From: a virus
Taxonomy: Duplodnaviria > Caudoviricetes
IMG/VR virus record: IMGVR_UViG_3300030101_000387
Location: 1 to 54,801 of that record
Reading direction: 5' to 3' (one strand)
DNA: 54,801 bases
Made by a program: the position numbers and the translations under genes. The notes below the pieces were generated by a model, which made no database searches, was not told the origin of the DNA, and was given only the letters and a program-made list of their open reading frames with translations. Positions 45,445-53,774 of the stretch are shown piece after piece (the stretch's first letter is position 1; the number at the start of each line of letters is the position of its first letter).

Positions 45445-45801
45445 ATGGCAAAATTTTATGAACAGTACAGGGATGTACTAGAAGCTAACGGATACACTGT
45501 AGAAGAAAGTGGGTGTGTTCGTGACGCTATGGGAAACCAAGCAGCAGCAGAAGATGCCTATGGCAATGTGCAATGCAAAGACCCTAACGTAACAGAGTTG
45601 TGCAGACAGGCAGAAGCTAAACCTGTAGCTAAGAAGAAAGCCAAAACAAAGAAAGCTGCATCTGTAGTGGATGAAGAGATGGAAGAAGTAGCGGTACGTG
45701 CTCGTAACGAAAAAGGCCACTATATAAAAGACGATCCGAATACTCCAGAGAATGAAGCTTGGACAACCAAGTTAGTTAAGAAAGTTAAAGGAAAAGCATA
45801 G
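45445..45801 (+). CDS. hypothetical protein
   Basis: 118 aa with RARNEKGHYIKDDPNTPENEAW motif. Confidence 0.7.
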   Translation: MAKFYEQYRDVLEANGYTVEESGCVRDAMGNQAAAEDAYGNVQCKDPNVTELCRQAEAKPVAKKKAKTKKAASVVDEEMEEVAVRARNEKGHYIKDDPNTPENEAWTTKLVKKVKGKA

Positions 45802-45947
45802 CGGCTATTCCATAATTCTACTACTAACTTAACTTCATTTATGTACAACTATGTAGGCTCAAAACAAAGAGCATACATAGGGGTGCAAAAAAATTAACAA
45901 ACAAATAATGATTTTAATGATGGTAGGAGTACTTTTGGAGGAGGCTC

Positions 45948-46406
45948 GTGGACCCAGTAACAATTATCGGTGGTGCTACCGTAGCTTTCAATGCGTTGAA
46001 GAAAGGCTTTCAGGTAGGTAAAGACCTACAAGATATGTCAGGACAGTTGACCCAATGGGCAGGTGCTATGAGTGATCTGTCCTACGCTGAACAGAAAAAT
46101 AAAAACCCTCCTTGGTGGAAAGCTTTAAACGGACAGTCTGTTGAAGCAGAAGCTCTAGCTATATTTACGGCTAAACGAAAAGCCGAAGCCATGAGAAAAG
46201 AGTTAAAAGATTGGATCAGTTTTAGTATGGGGCCATCCGCATGGGATGAACTGGTGGCTACTGAAGGGCGTATACGTAAACAAAAGAAAGAACAAGAATA
46301 CCGTAAAGCCGAAATGCAAGAAGCTATTGTAACTTGGGGTGTAACAGGTTTGCTTTTAACTGCAGGGTTTGGTATATTCGGATTTGTAATTTACATGGTG
46401 GCATAA
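45948..46406 (+). CDS. conserved membrane-anchored protein
   Basis: MDPVTII.GAT.AF..LKKG...GKDL..M...L..W; C-terminal TM; GGAGGAGG SD before GTG. Confidence 0.75.
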   Translation: MDPVTIIGGATVAFNALKKGFQVGKDLQDMSGQLTQWAGAMSDLSYAEQKNKNPPWWKALNGQSVEAEALAIFTAKRKAEAMRKELKDWISFSMGPSAWDELVATEGRIRKQKKEQEYRKAEMQEAIVTWGVTGLLLTAGFGIFGFVIYMVA

Positions 46407-46778
46407 ATGACTAGAAACCTAACAGAGAAACAACAGAAATTTCTTGATGTCTTATTTGACGATGCAGGAGGAGATGTTGTAAAAGCAAAGAAACTAGCAG
46501 GGTACGGTGAACACTCTAGTACCACAGCTATTGTCGAATCCTTAAAAGATGAAATAGGGGATCGAACAAGAAGTTATTTTGCACGTACCGCACCAAAAGC
46601 TGCAATGGCTATGGTAGGTGCTCTGCATGATCCGACAGAGTTAGGCATACGAGATAAGATGTCTGCAGCAAAGGATTTGCTTGATAGGGCAGGTCTTGGT
46701 AAAGTTGACAGAGTAGATCTAACGTCCTCTAGTGGTGGCGTATTTATACTACCGTCAAAAGAAGGAAAGAACGAATAG
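46407..46778 (+). CDS. terminase small subunit (putative)
   Basis: LTEKQQKFL..L.....G....A...AGY and AAKDLLDRAG, TerS-like; upstream of TerL. Confidence 0.7.
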   Translation: MTRNLTEKQQKFLDVLFDDAGGDVVKAKKLAGYGEHSSTTAIVESLKDEIGDRTRSYFARTAPKAAMAMVGALHDPTELGIRDKMSAAKDLLDRAGLGKVDRVDLTSSSGGVFILPSKEGKNE

Positions 46779-47200
46779 CTAAATACCGTGAATCACTAGG
46801 ATACTGGGAACTACCAAAGCCACACAAGGGTGCAGAAAAAGAATGGCATGTAATAGCTAGAGTAACTAGAACAATACCCTTCGGTTATTCTGTGCATCCT
46901 GACAATGATAAGATACTTCAGCCCAATACCACAGAGCTAGAAGCATTGGAACTTGCAAAGAAACATCTAATGCAGTACTCATACAAAGAAGTAGCACTGT
47001 GGTTAACTAAACAAACAGGTAGATACATATCTGATGCAGGGCTAAAGAAGAGAGTAGACATTGAGCGAAAACGTAAGAAAGCAGCTACAATTAAACGCAA
47101 GCTTGCCAAAAGGCTCGAAGAGACGTTACAAGAGATCCAAAAGCTCGAAGAAGAATGTATCGGAGCTTATACAATCAAGCACAACGGAACAACAGCCTGA
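46775..47200 (+). CDS. HTH-like DNA-binding protein, probable non-canonical ATA start
   Basis: Frame open upstream of GTG 46892 (WELPKP, IPFGY); ATA at 46775 with AAGGA 8 nt upstream; YSY.EVA.WL...TGRYIS..GL.KR. Confidence 0.6.
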   Translation: MAKYRESLGYWELPKPHKGAEKEWHVIARVTRTIPFGYSVHPDNDKILQPNTTELEALELAKKHLMQYSYKEVALWLTKQTGRYISDAGLKKRVDIERKRKKAATIKRKLAKRLEETLQEIQKLEEECIGAYTIKHNGTTA

Positions 47201-48650
47201 TCAACAAGTTGTAGCAGCACAAGTCAAAGCGCCTGAGTTTGACGTTGAAGTTGCACAAGACATTGTGTTCCAACCAAACCCAGGTCCACAGACAGACTTC
47301 CTATCCGCATCTGAAAGGGAAGTTTTGTACGGTGGGGCGGCTGGCGGTGGCAAGAGTTTCGCAATGCTGGCTGACCCACTACACGGACTAAACGATCCAA
47401 ACTTTAGTGGTCTATTAGTTCGTCATACTACAGAAGAACTTAGGGAGCTTATACAAAAAAGTCAAGAGCTTTACCCTAAAGCAGTTCCTGGTATTAAGTG
47501 GAGCGAACGTAAGTCACAGTGGATTGCACCTAGAGGTGGCAGACTGTGGATGTCTTACTTAGACAAAGACATGGACGTAACACGATACCAAGGTCAAGCC
47601 TTTAACTGGATTGGCTTTGACGAGTTGACTCAGTGGCCTACACCCTACGCTTGGGATTACATGAGGTCACGACTTCGTTCTGCATATAGCTCTCAGCTAG
47701 GTTTGTACATGAGAGCTACAACAAACCCGGGTGGGAACGGACATCAGTGGGTCAAGAAAATGTTCATTGACCCTGCTCCTCCAAATGATTCTTTCTGGGC
47801 AACAAACATTGAAACAGGAGACATGATAAAGTTTCCTAAAGGGCATAGTCGAGAAGGACAGCCCTTGTTTAGGCGTAGGTTCATACCTGCAAGTCTGTTT
47901 GATAATCCGTACTTGGCAGACAGTGGTGATTATGAAGCAATGCTGTTGTCATTGCCTGAGCATCAAAGAAAACAACTGCTTGAGGGTAACTGGGATGTTA
48001 ACGAAGGAGCAGCGTTTCCTGAGTTCAATAGAAGCATACACGTTGTAGAACCTTCTGAAATACCTAGTGGTTGGGCTAAGTTTAGAGCCTGTGACTACGG
48101 CTACGGATCATACACAGGTGTGCTTTGGTTTGCTGTAACTCCCAGCGAACAATTAATTGTATACAGAGAGCTTTACTGTTCTAAAATTACAGCTACTGAC
48201 CTAGCAGATATGGTACTAGAAGCAGAGGCTGATGACGGCACTATGAGATACGGTGTACTAGATTCATCCCTCTGGCATAAAAGGGGTGACACTGGCCCAT
48301 CACTTGCAGAGCAAATGAACATGAAGGGTTGCCGTTGGCGTCCATCAGATCGCTCTCGTGGCTCAAGGGTTGCAGGTAAGAACGAGATACACCGTAGGTT
48401 GCAGGTGGACGAGTTCACCGAAGAGCCAAGGCTTGTGTTCTTTTCCACCTGCACGAATACCATAGCGCAAATCCCTGCGATTCCGCTAGACAAAAAGAAC
48501 CCTGAAGACGTTGATACAAATTCTGAAGATCACTTGTATGACGCACTACGGTACGGTATAATGACCAGACCTCGTAGTTCAATCTGGGATTTTAACCCAG
48601 CAAAACAAAACTCTGGCTTTCAGATGTCAGACTCGACATTTGGATACTAG
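47061..48650 (+). CDS. terL: terminase large subunit
   Basis: Walker A YGGAAGGGKS, Walker B IGFDELTQ, ATTNPGG, nuclease ACDYGY and EDH.YDALRY; TTG start uncertain. Confidence 0.95.
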   Translation: MSENVRKQLQLNASLPKGSKRRYKRSKSSKKNVSELIQSSTTEQQPDQQVVAAQVKAPEFDVEVAQDIVFQPNPGPQTDFLSASEREVLYGGAAGGGKSFAMLADPLHGLNDPNFSGLLVRHTTEELRELIQKSQELYPKAVPGIKWSERKSQWIAPRGGRLWMSYLDKDMDVTRYQGQAFNWIGFDELTQWPTPYAWDYMRSRLRSAYSSQLGLYMRATTNPGGNGHQWVKKMFIDPAPPNDSFWATNIETGDMIKFPKGHSREGQPLFRRRFIPASLFDNPYLADSGDYEAMLLSLPEHQRKQLLEGNWDVNEGAAFPEFNRSIHVVEPSEIPSGWAKFRACDYGYGSYTGVLWFAVTPSEQLIVYRELYCSKITATDLADMVLEAEADDGTMRYGVLDSSLWHKRGDTGPSLAEQMNMKGCRWRPSDRSRGSRVAGKNEIHRRLQVDEFTEEPRLVFFSTCTNTIAQIPAIPLDKKNPEDVDTNSEDHLYDALRYGIMTRPRSSIWDFNPAKQNSGFQMSDSTFGY

Positions 48651-48652
48651 AT

Positions 48653-48853
48653 ATGAAAACGTTTGTTGTTGTAATAAGTATGTGGGGTAATACAGGCACA
48701 GAATGGGTTTACACTGGTAACCAGTATGTTATGCAGGAACTGTTTACCAAAGAACAGTGTCAACAAATTGTTCAAAGTTCTAACTGGAAAAAGTACGAAG
48801 ATAATAAATACTACGGTTTGCAGTTTGATTGTTTTAATAAGGATGACCGCTAA
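48653..48853 (+). CDS. small two-cysteine protein with hydrophobic N-terminus
   Basis: MKTFVVVISMWG...FTKEQC...FDCF; coupled to the portal gene. Confidence 0.65.
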   Translation: MKTFVVVISMWGNTGTEWVYTGNQYVMQELFTKEQCQQIVQSSNWKKYEDNKYYGLQFDCFNKDDR

Positions 48854-50964
48854 TGGCAGAAATAGACGATCTATCATTTGAGACAGATGAAGTAATTGCT
48901 GCAGAGAATCAAGAGGATACTCTTTTTTCTAGTGTAAGTAACGTTGTTACATTTGTTAATGACCGATACAAACGTGCAGAGGATGCTCGTAATGCTGACG
49001 AAGAACGTTGGCTTAGGGCTTACAGAAACTATCGTGGTATATATGGACCTGACGTTCAATTTACTTCTAGTGAAAAATCAAAAGTTTTTGTTAAGGTAAC
49101 CAAGACTAAAACACTTGCTGCCTACGGACAAATTGTAGATGTGCTGTTTGGCAACAATAAGTTTCCTCTTTCTATTGACCCATCAGTATTACCAGATGGA
49201 GTAGCAGATGCTGTCCACATTAATATTGATCCGAATGCTGAAAAAGCTACGGATGTACTTCGTGACTCGTTCACAAAAGAAACGACAAAACCGTACCTCA
49301 TAGGTCCAGACACAGAGTTAAAGCCTGGTGAAACTATGGCTGATCTTAGACGTAGGCTAGGACCAGTAGAGGATAAAGTAGCACCTGTTTCAGAAAAAAT
49401 AATAGAAGGTGACGGTAGCACACCTACAAGCGTAACTTTCCATCCTGCTATGATAGCAGCTAAAAAGATGGAAAAGAAAATACATGATCAGCTACAAGAA
49501 AGCGGAGCTTCCAAACACTTACGTAGTATGGCCTTTGAGATGGCGTTGCTAGGTACAGGTGTAATGAAAGGACCGTTTGCCGTAGACAAAGAGTATCCTA
49601 ACTGGGATGACGAAGGAGACTACGATCCGTTAGTAAAAACTGTGCCATCCACCAATCATGTATCAGTGTGGAACTTTTATCCTGACCCTGTTGCTTCCTC
49701 TATGGATGATGCAGAGTACGTAATTGAAAGACATAAGATGTCACGCAATCAGTTACGTGCTTTAAAAGGCAGACCATACTTTATTGATGACGCTATTGAA
49801 AGTGCGATAGACGCAGGACCAGACTACGTGCGTAAGCATTGGGAAATGAAGATGGAGGATGACGATACTGCTCCTTCAGACACAGAGCGTTGGCAAGTCC
49901 TAGAGTTCTGGGGGTACGTTGACACAGATATACTAGAAGAAAATGGTATCAACATTCCTGCTGATCTAAAAGATTTAGACGAGCTAAGTGCAAACATATG
50001 GATAGTTAATGGCAAAGTGATTCGCTGTTTGTTAAATCCATTTAAGCCTGCACGTATTCCTTACTACGCAGTTCCATACGAGCATAACCCTTACTCATTC
50101 TTTGGTGTAGGTATCGCAGAAAACATGGACGATACACAAACTCTGATGAATGGTTTCATGCGTATGGCCGTTGACAACGCAGTTCTTTCTGGTAACTTGC
50201 TTATTGAGATAGACGAAACTAACTTAGTACCGGGTCAAGACATGAGTGTGTATCCTGGCAAGGTCTTTCGCAGACAGGGAGGTGCTCCTGGTCAAGCCAT
50301 CTTTGGCACTAAGTTTCCAAACGTTGCAGGTGAAAACATGCAGCTATTCGACAAAGCAAGAGTATTAGCAGATGAATCAACTGGTTTCCCATCTTTCGCT
50401 CATGGTCAGACAGGCATTAGTGGAGTTGGCCGTACTGCTTCTGGCATTTCTATGCTTATGTCTGCTGCCAACGGTAGCATTAGGACTGTTGTAAAGAATG
50501 TAGACGATTATCTAATAGCACCTATAGGTAGAGCATTCTTTGCGTTCAATATGCAGTTTGACTTTGATGAAAGTATTCGTGGAGATCTAGAGGTTAAAGC
50601 TAACGGTACTGAAAGCCTCATGGCTAACGAAGTACGTAGTCAACGCTTGATGCAGTTCTTACAAGTAACATCAAATCCAATGTTAGCACCTTTTGCAAAG
50701 ATGGATTATATTGTACGAGAGATTGCTAAGAGCATGGATCTAGACCCCGACAAAGTTACAAACTCTATGGCTGATGCTGCAATACAAGCTGAAATCATGA
50801 AAGGTTTCCAACAACCTATGCCTGAGCAACCACAGGCCCAACCTCAAGAAGAGACACCTGCAGGAGCAGACGTGCAAGATCCTACAGGAGCAGGCGGTGG
50901 TAACATAGGTACAGGCGTAGCACCAGCCCCAGATGAACAAGGTTTTAGCGGTAATGTCGCTTAA
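48853..50964 (+). CDS. portal protein
   Basis: 703 aa after TerL; LGTGVMKGP, WNFYPDP, EFWG, FFGVG, RTASG.SML motifs of podovirus portals. Confidence 0.9.
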   Translation: MAEIDDLSFETDEVIAAENQEDTLFSSVSNVVTFVNDRYKRAEDARNADEERWLRAYRNYRGIYGPDVQFTSSEKSKVFVKVTKTKTLAAYGQIVDVLFGNNKFPLSIDPSVLPDGVADAVHINIDPNAEKATDVLRDSFTKETTKPYLIGPDTELKPGETMADLRRRLGPVEDKVAPVSEKIIEGDGSTPTSVTFHPAMIAAKKMEKKIHDQLQESGASKHLRSMAFEMALLGTGVMKGPFAVDKEYPNWDDEGDYDPLVKTVPSTNHVSVWNFYPDPVASSMDDAEYVIERHKMSRNQLRALKGRPYFIDDAIESAIDAGPDYVRKHWEMKMEDDDTAPSDTERWQVLEFWGYVDTDILEENGINIPADLKDLDELSANIWIVNGKVIRCLLNPFKPARIPYYAVPYEHNPYSFFGVGIAENMDDTQTLMNGFMRMAVDNAVLSGNLLIEIDETNLVPGQDMSVYPGKVFRRQGGAPGQAIFGTKFPNVAGENMQLFDKARVLADESTGFPSFAHGQTGISGVGRTASGISMLMSAANGSIRTVVKNVDDYLIAPIGRAFFAFNMQFDFDESIRGDLEVKANGTESLMANEVRSQRLMQFLQVTSNPMLAPFAKMDYIVREIAKSMDLDPDKVTNSMADAAIQAEIMKGFQQPMPEQPQAQPQEETPAGADVQDPTGAGGGNIGTGVAPAPDEQGFSGNVA

Positions 50965-51148
50965 GTCTTTTGTAAACAACAAAGCACAGTGGGATTCATT
51001 CTGTGAAGAACTTGACTTAGAGATTGCAGACCTGCATAAACGTCTAGAGCAATCAGAGAGTATAGTAGAAATCCATCAAACTCAGGGTGGTATTCGTGCG
51101 TTACGTAGGCTAAAATATTTGAGGGAAAAATTTAATGGCACTAAATGA
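50954..51148 (+). CDS. small conserved protein downstream of portal
   Basis: QG.I.ALRRLKYLRE motif. Confidence 0.7.
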   Translation: MSLKSFVNNKAQWDSFCEELDLEIADLHKRLEQSESIVEIHQTQGGIRALRRLKYLREKFNGTK

Positions 51149-52526
51149 AGACAACCAAATGGTATTAGCTTTTATGACAGAGGCTGAAGAGGTAGACCCT
51201 GTATCAGGTAATGAAGTACCTCCAGGCTCACTACCTGAAGAAGTACGTGATGACATTCCTGCACGTTTATCTGAGGGTGAGTATGTAGTACCTGCTGATG
51301 TTCTTCGTTTTTACGGTGTTAAGTTTTTTGAAGACCTACGAGAAAATGCTAAGATGGAACTAGCTCGTATGGATAGGGAGGGGCGTATTGGTGGTGAACC
51401 CATACCAGAGGAAAGACTTTCTGATGAAGAGAAAGCAGAGCTAGACGCTATTGGTGCAGCAGTTGGTGGCTTCATTACAGAACAACCTTCACAGTCTACA
51501 ATGCCTGATCCTTATCAACAACAACAGATGATGTACAGACAAGGTGCACCTGTTGCTATGGGTAACGCAGGTTACGATGATGGTGGTGTAGTTAGAGAGA
51601 ATGATCCTACACAAGCTGACTTTGATTTTAGCAAGTATATGGCAGGGTTTTCTTTTGCTACTCCTAATGCATTTGTTCCTGTCTTGATGTACAAAGAAGG
51701 TGAAAATCCTAAATATGCTACTACCCAAGAGATGTATGATCAACTGTTAAGTGATGGGTGGACTACTAAACTTATACAAACCACAACAGAAACCACAGTA
51801 GGTGAAGAGCCAGAAGTAAGTGACAGTGACTCTAGTGATCCAATCTCTACGAGTGTATCCTCTACTGCTGAGTCAATGGACGATAAAGACTTAGAAAAAA
51901 CAACTAAAGGCCTAGGCTTACTAGCTGATCTATCTACTGCACTAGCAGGTTCATTAGGAATACCTGTAACTGCTCTTATAAACGCTAAAGCTGTAGCAGC
52001 TTACAATGATAAACTGACAGATCAAAGTAAACGTAAAGGAAGTATCTTCGGTGGTGAAGGTAGCATCTACGAAGGTTTAGCTGATACGGATGGTATAGAA
52101 GGTAAGTCTTTTGGCGATACATGGTTAGGTGACTTACTTGGTTTTGACGATAAAGGTTTTGGTGTACAGGGAGCTAAACTAAGAGATTCATTCATGGGTG
52201 CACGTAGAGGTGTGGATACAACCCAACTTAAAGGAAGTACTGCAGGAAGTGGTACAAATGTAAGTAACAAACCTAGTTCAGGACCAACACCGACAGTTAT
52301 TCCAACAGGAGCAACCTTGAAACAAGGAACTGTACTAAACAAAGATGATGATCCTGTTATTTTTAGTAAAGATAGTAGCGGCAATACAATAGGACAAAAT
52401 CAATCTACTATTGGACCAAGTGGATCTTTCGATGATTCTCAATTAGGTAAATCTTCCTCTCAGCGTGAAAAGAATGAAGCAGATGCAAGCGTTACATTTG
52501 ATAAAGAAAAAAATATAGGCATATAA
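51135..52526 (+). CDS. virion protein with DDIPARLSEGEYVVPA motif
   Basis: 463 aa; DPVSGNEVP.GS..EEVRDDIPARLSEGEYVVPADV; low-complexity C-terminus. Confidence 0.7.
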   Translation: MALNEDNQMVLAFMTEAEEVDPVSGNEVPPGSLPEEVRDDIPARLSEGEYVVPADVLRFYGVKFFEDLRENAKMELARMDREGRIGGEPIPEERLSDEEKAELDAIGAAVGGFITEQPSQSTMPDPYQQQQMMYRQGAPVAMGNAGYDDGGVVRENDPTQADFDFSKYMAGFSFATPNAFVPVLMYKEGENPKYATTQEMYDQLLSDGWTTKLIQTTTETTVGEEPEVSDSDSSDPISTSVSSTAESMDDKDLEKTTKGLGLLADLSTALAGSLGIPVTALINAKAVAAYNDKLTDQSKRKGSIFGGEGSIYEGLADTDGIEGKSFGDTWLGDLLGFDDKGFGVQGAKLRDSFMGARRGVDTTQLKGSTAGSGTNVSNKPSSGPTPTVIPTGATLKQGTVLNKDDDPVIFSKDSSGNTIGQNQSTIGPSGSFDDSQLGKSSSQREKNEADASVTFDKEKNIGI

Positions 52527-52549
52527 AACTAAATTCCATATAACTATAA

Positions 52550-52585
52550 GGCTACCCAGCTACGGCTGGCCCCAACATAAGGAGA
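52550..52585 (+). promoter_or_regulatory. structured leader of the scaffold gene
   Basis: GGCTAC-CCAGC-TACG-GCTGG-CCCC (UNCG tetraloop) just before AAGGAG. Confidence 0.55.
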
Positions 52586-52592
52586 AAACAAA

Positions 52593-53552
52593 ATGGCTGA
52601 AGTAGAACAAGTAGAGGTGCATTCCGCATCTCATATGCGTAACCAAGCAAGAATCAATAAGGATGAAGCAGAGTTACGTGAACTGTTAAAAGAAGCAGGA
52701 TACACACAGGAAGATGAAACTCAAGAAGAACCTGTTGAAGCTGAAGCTGAACCCGATAGCAAAGAGCCTGAAGCTGAACCAGTACAGGCAGAGGGTGATA
52801 CCAAACAAGAAGAAGAACCTAAAGCAGAAGCACAAAAAGCAGATGACGGTGATGATGACCTGAGTGCTGAAGAAAAGACTTTCAAGCAACGCTACGGTGA
52901 CATCAGGCGGCACATGAAAGATAAGGAAGAAGAGTGGAAACGCAAGTTCGACAAACTAGAAGAACAGTTACAGTCTGCAGCTAAGAATGAACTTGTACTA
53001 CCTAAGTCCGAAAAAGAGATAGAAGCTTGGTCTAAGAAGTATCCTGATGTAGCAGGTATAGTAGAAGCGATAGCAGATAAGAAAGCACAGGAACGTTCTT
53101 CAGATATAGATAAACGTTTGAAAGAAGTAGAAGAGCTAAGAGTTACAGCTAAACGTGAAAAAGCTGAAGCTGAACTAGCTGTGATGCATCCTGACTTCAA
53201 CACCATTCGTGAGGATGATTTATTCCATGAGTGGGCAAAAGAGCAACCCAAGTGGGTGCAAGATGCTTTGTATGAGAATGTAGATGATGCTAAATCGGTA
53301 TCTCGTGTAATCGATCTTTACAAGTCGGACAAGGGCATTACTAATAAAACAAAGAAACCCTCAGAAGATAAAAATGCAGCAGCTTCTGTGACAACAAAAC
53401 GTACTACGACACCTAACGCTAGTGAAGAGACAAACTATCTAAGAGAGTCTCAGGTAGCTAAGATGTCGATTAAAGAATACGAGAAGCGTCAAGAAGAAAT
53501 AATGGACGCCCAACGTAACGGAAAGTTTATTTACGATGTGTCAAGAAAATAG
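52593..53552 (+). CDS. capsid scaffolding protein
   Basis: 319 aa acidic coiled coil; FKQRYGD.RRH, HPDF..I.....F..W..EQP, MS..EYE.....I..A...G; directly before the capsid gene. Confidence 0.85.
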   Translation: MAEVEQVEVHSASHMRNQARINKDEAELRELLKEAGYTQEDETQEEPVEAEAEPDSKEPEAEPVQAEGDTKQEEEPKAEAQKADDGDDDLSAEEKTFKQRYGDIRRHMKDKEEEWKRKFDKLEEQLQSAAKNELVLPKSEKEIEAWSKKYPDVAGIVEAIADKKAQERSSDIDKRLKEVEELRVTAKREKAEAELAVMHPDFNTIREDDLFHEWAKEQPKWVQDALYENVDDAKSVSRVIDLYKSDKGITNKTKKPSEDKNAAASVTTKRTTTPNASEETNYLRESQVAKMSIKEYEKRQEEIMDAQRNGKFIYDVSRK

Positions 53553-53584
53553 TTGACAAATTAAATTACGTAAGTAAAACTATG
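53553..53584 (+). promoter_or_regulatory. capsid promoter TTGACA-N16-TAAAACT
   Basis: TTGACA aattaaattacgtaag TAAAACTATG. Confidence 0.65.
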
Positions 53585-53616
53585 GCATATACACCCTAAT
53601 TGGTGTGTATGCTTTT
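53585..53616 (+). terminator. hairpin with short U tract (terminator or 5' stabilising stem)
   Basis: GCATATACACC-ctaatt-GGTGTGTATGC-TTTT. Confidence 0.55.
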
Positions 53617-53774
53617 ACAAGCACTAGCCACAAAAAGACTTACCTCAAAGTATAGGCCCAGTGCAGACAGGTAGGCCAACCTTTCTGTAAACTGACTACC
53701 CTGATACCAAGAGCCTCTTTATAGTGGATATGTAGTGTCAATTATCACGCCATATCTATAAAGGAGATTTAATT

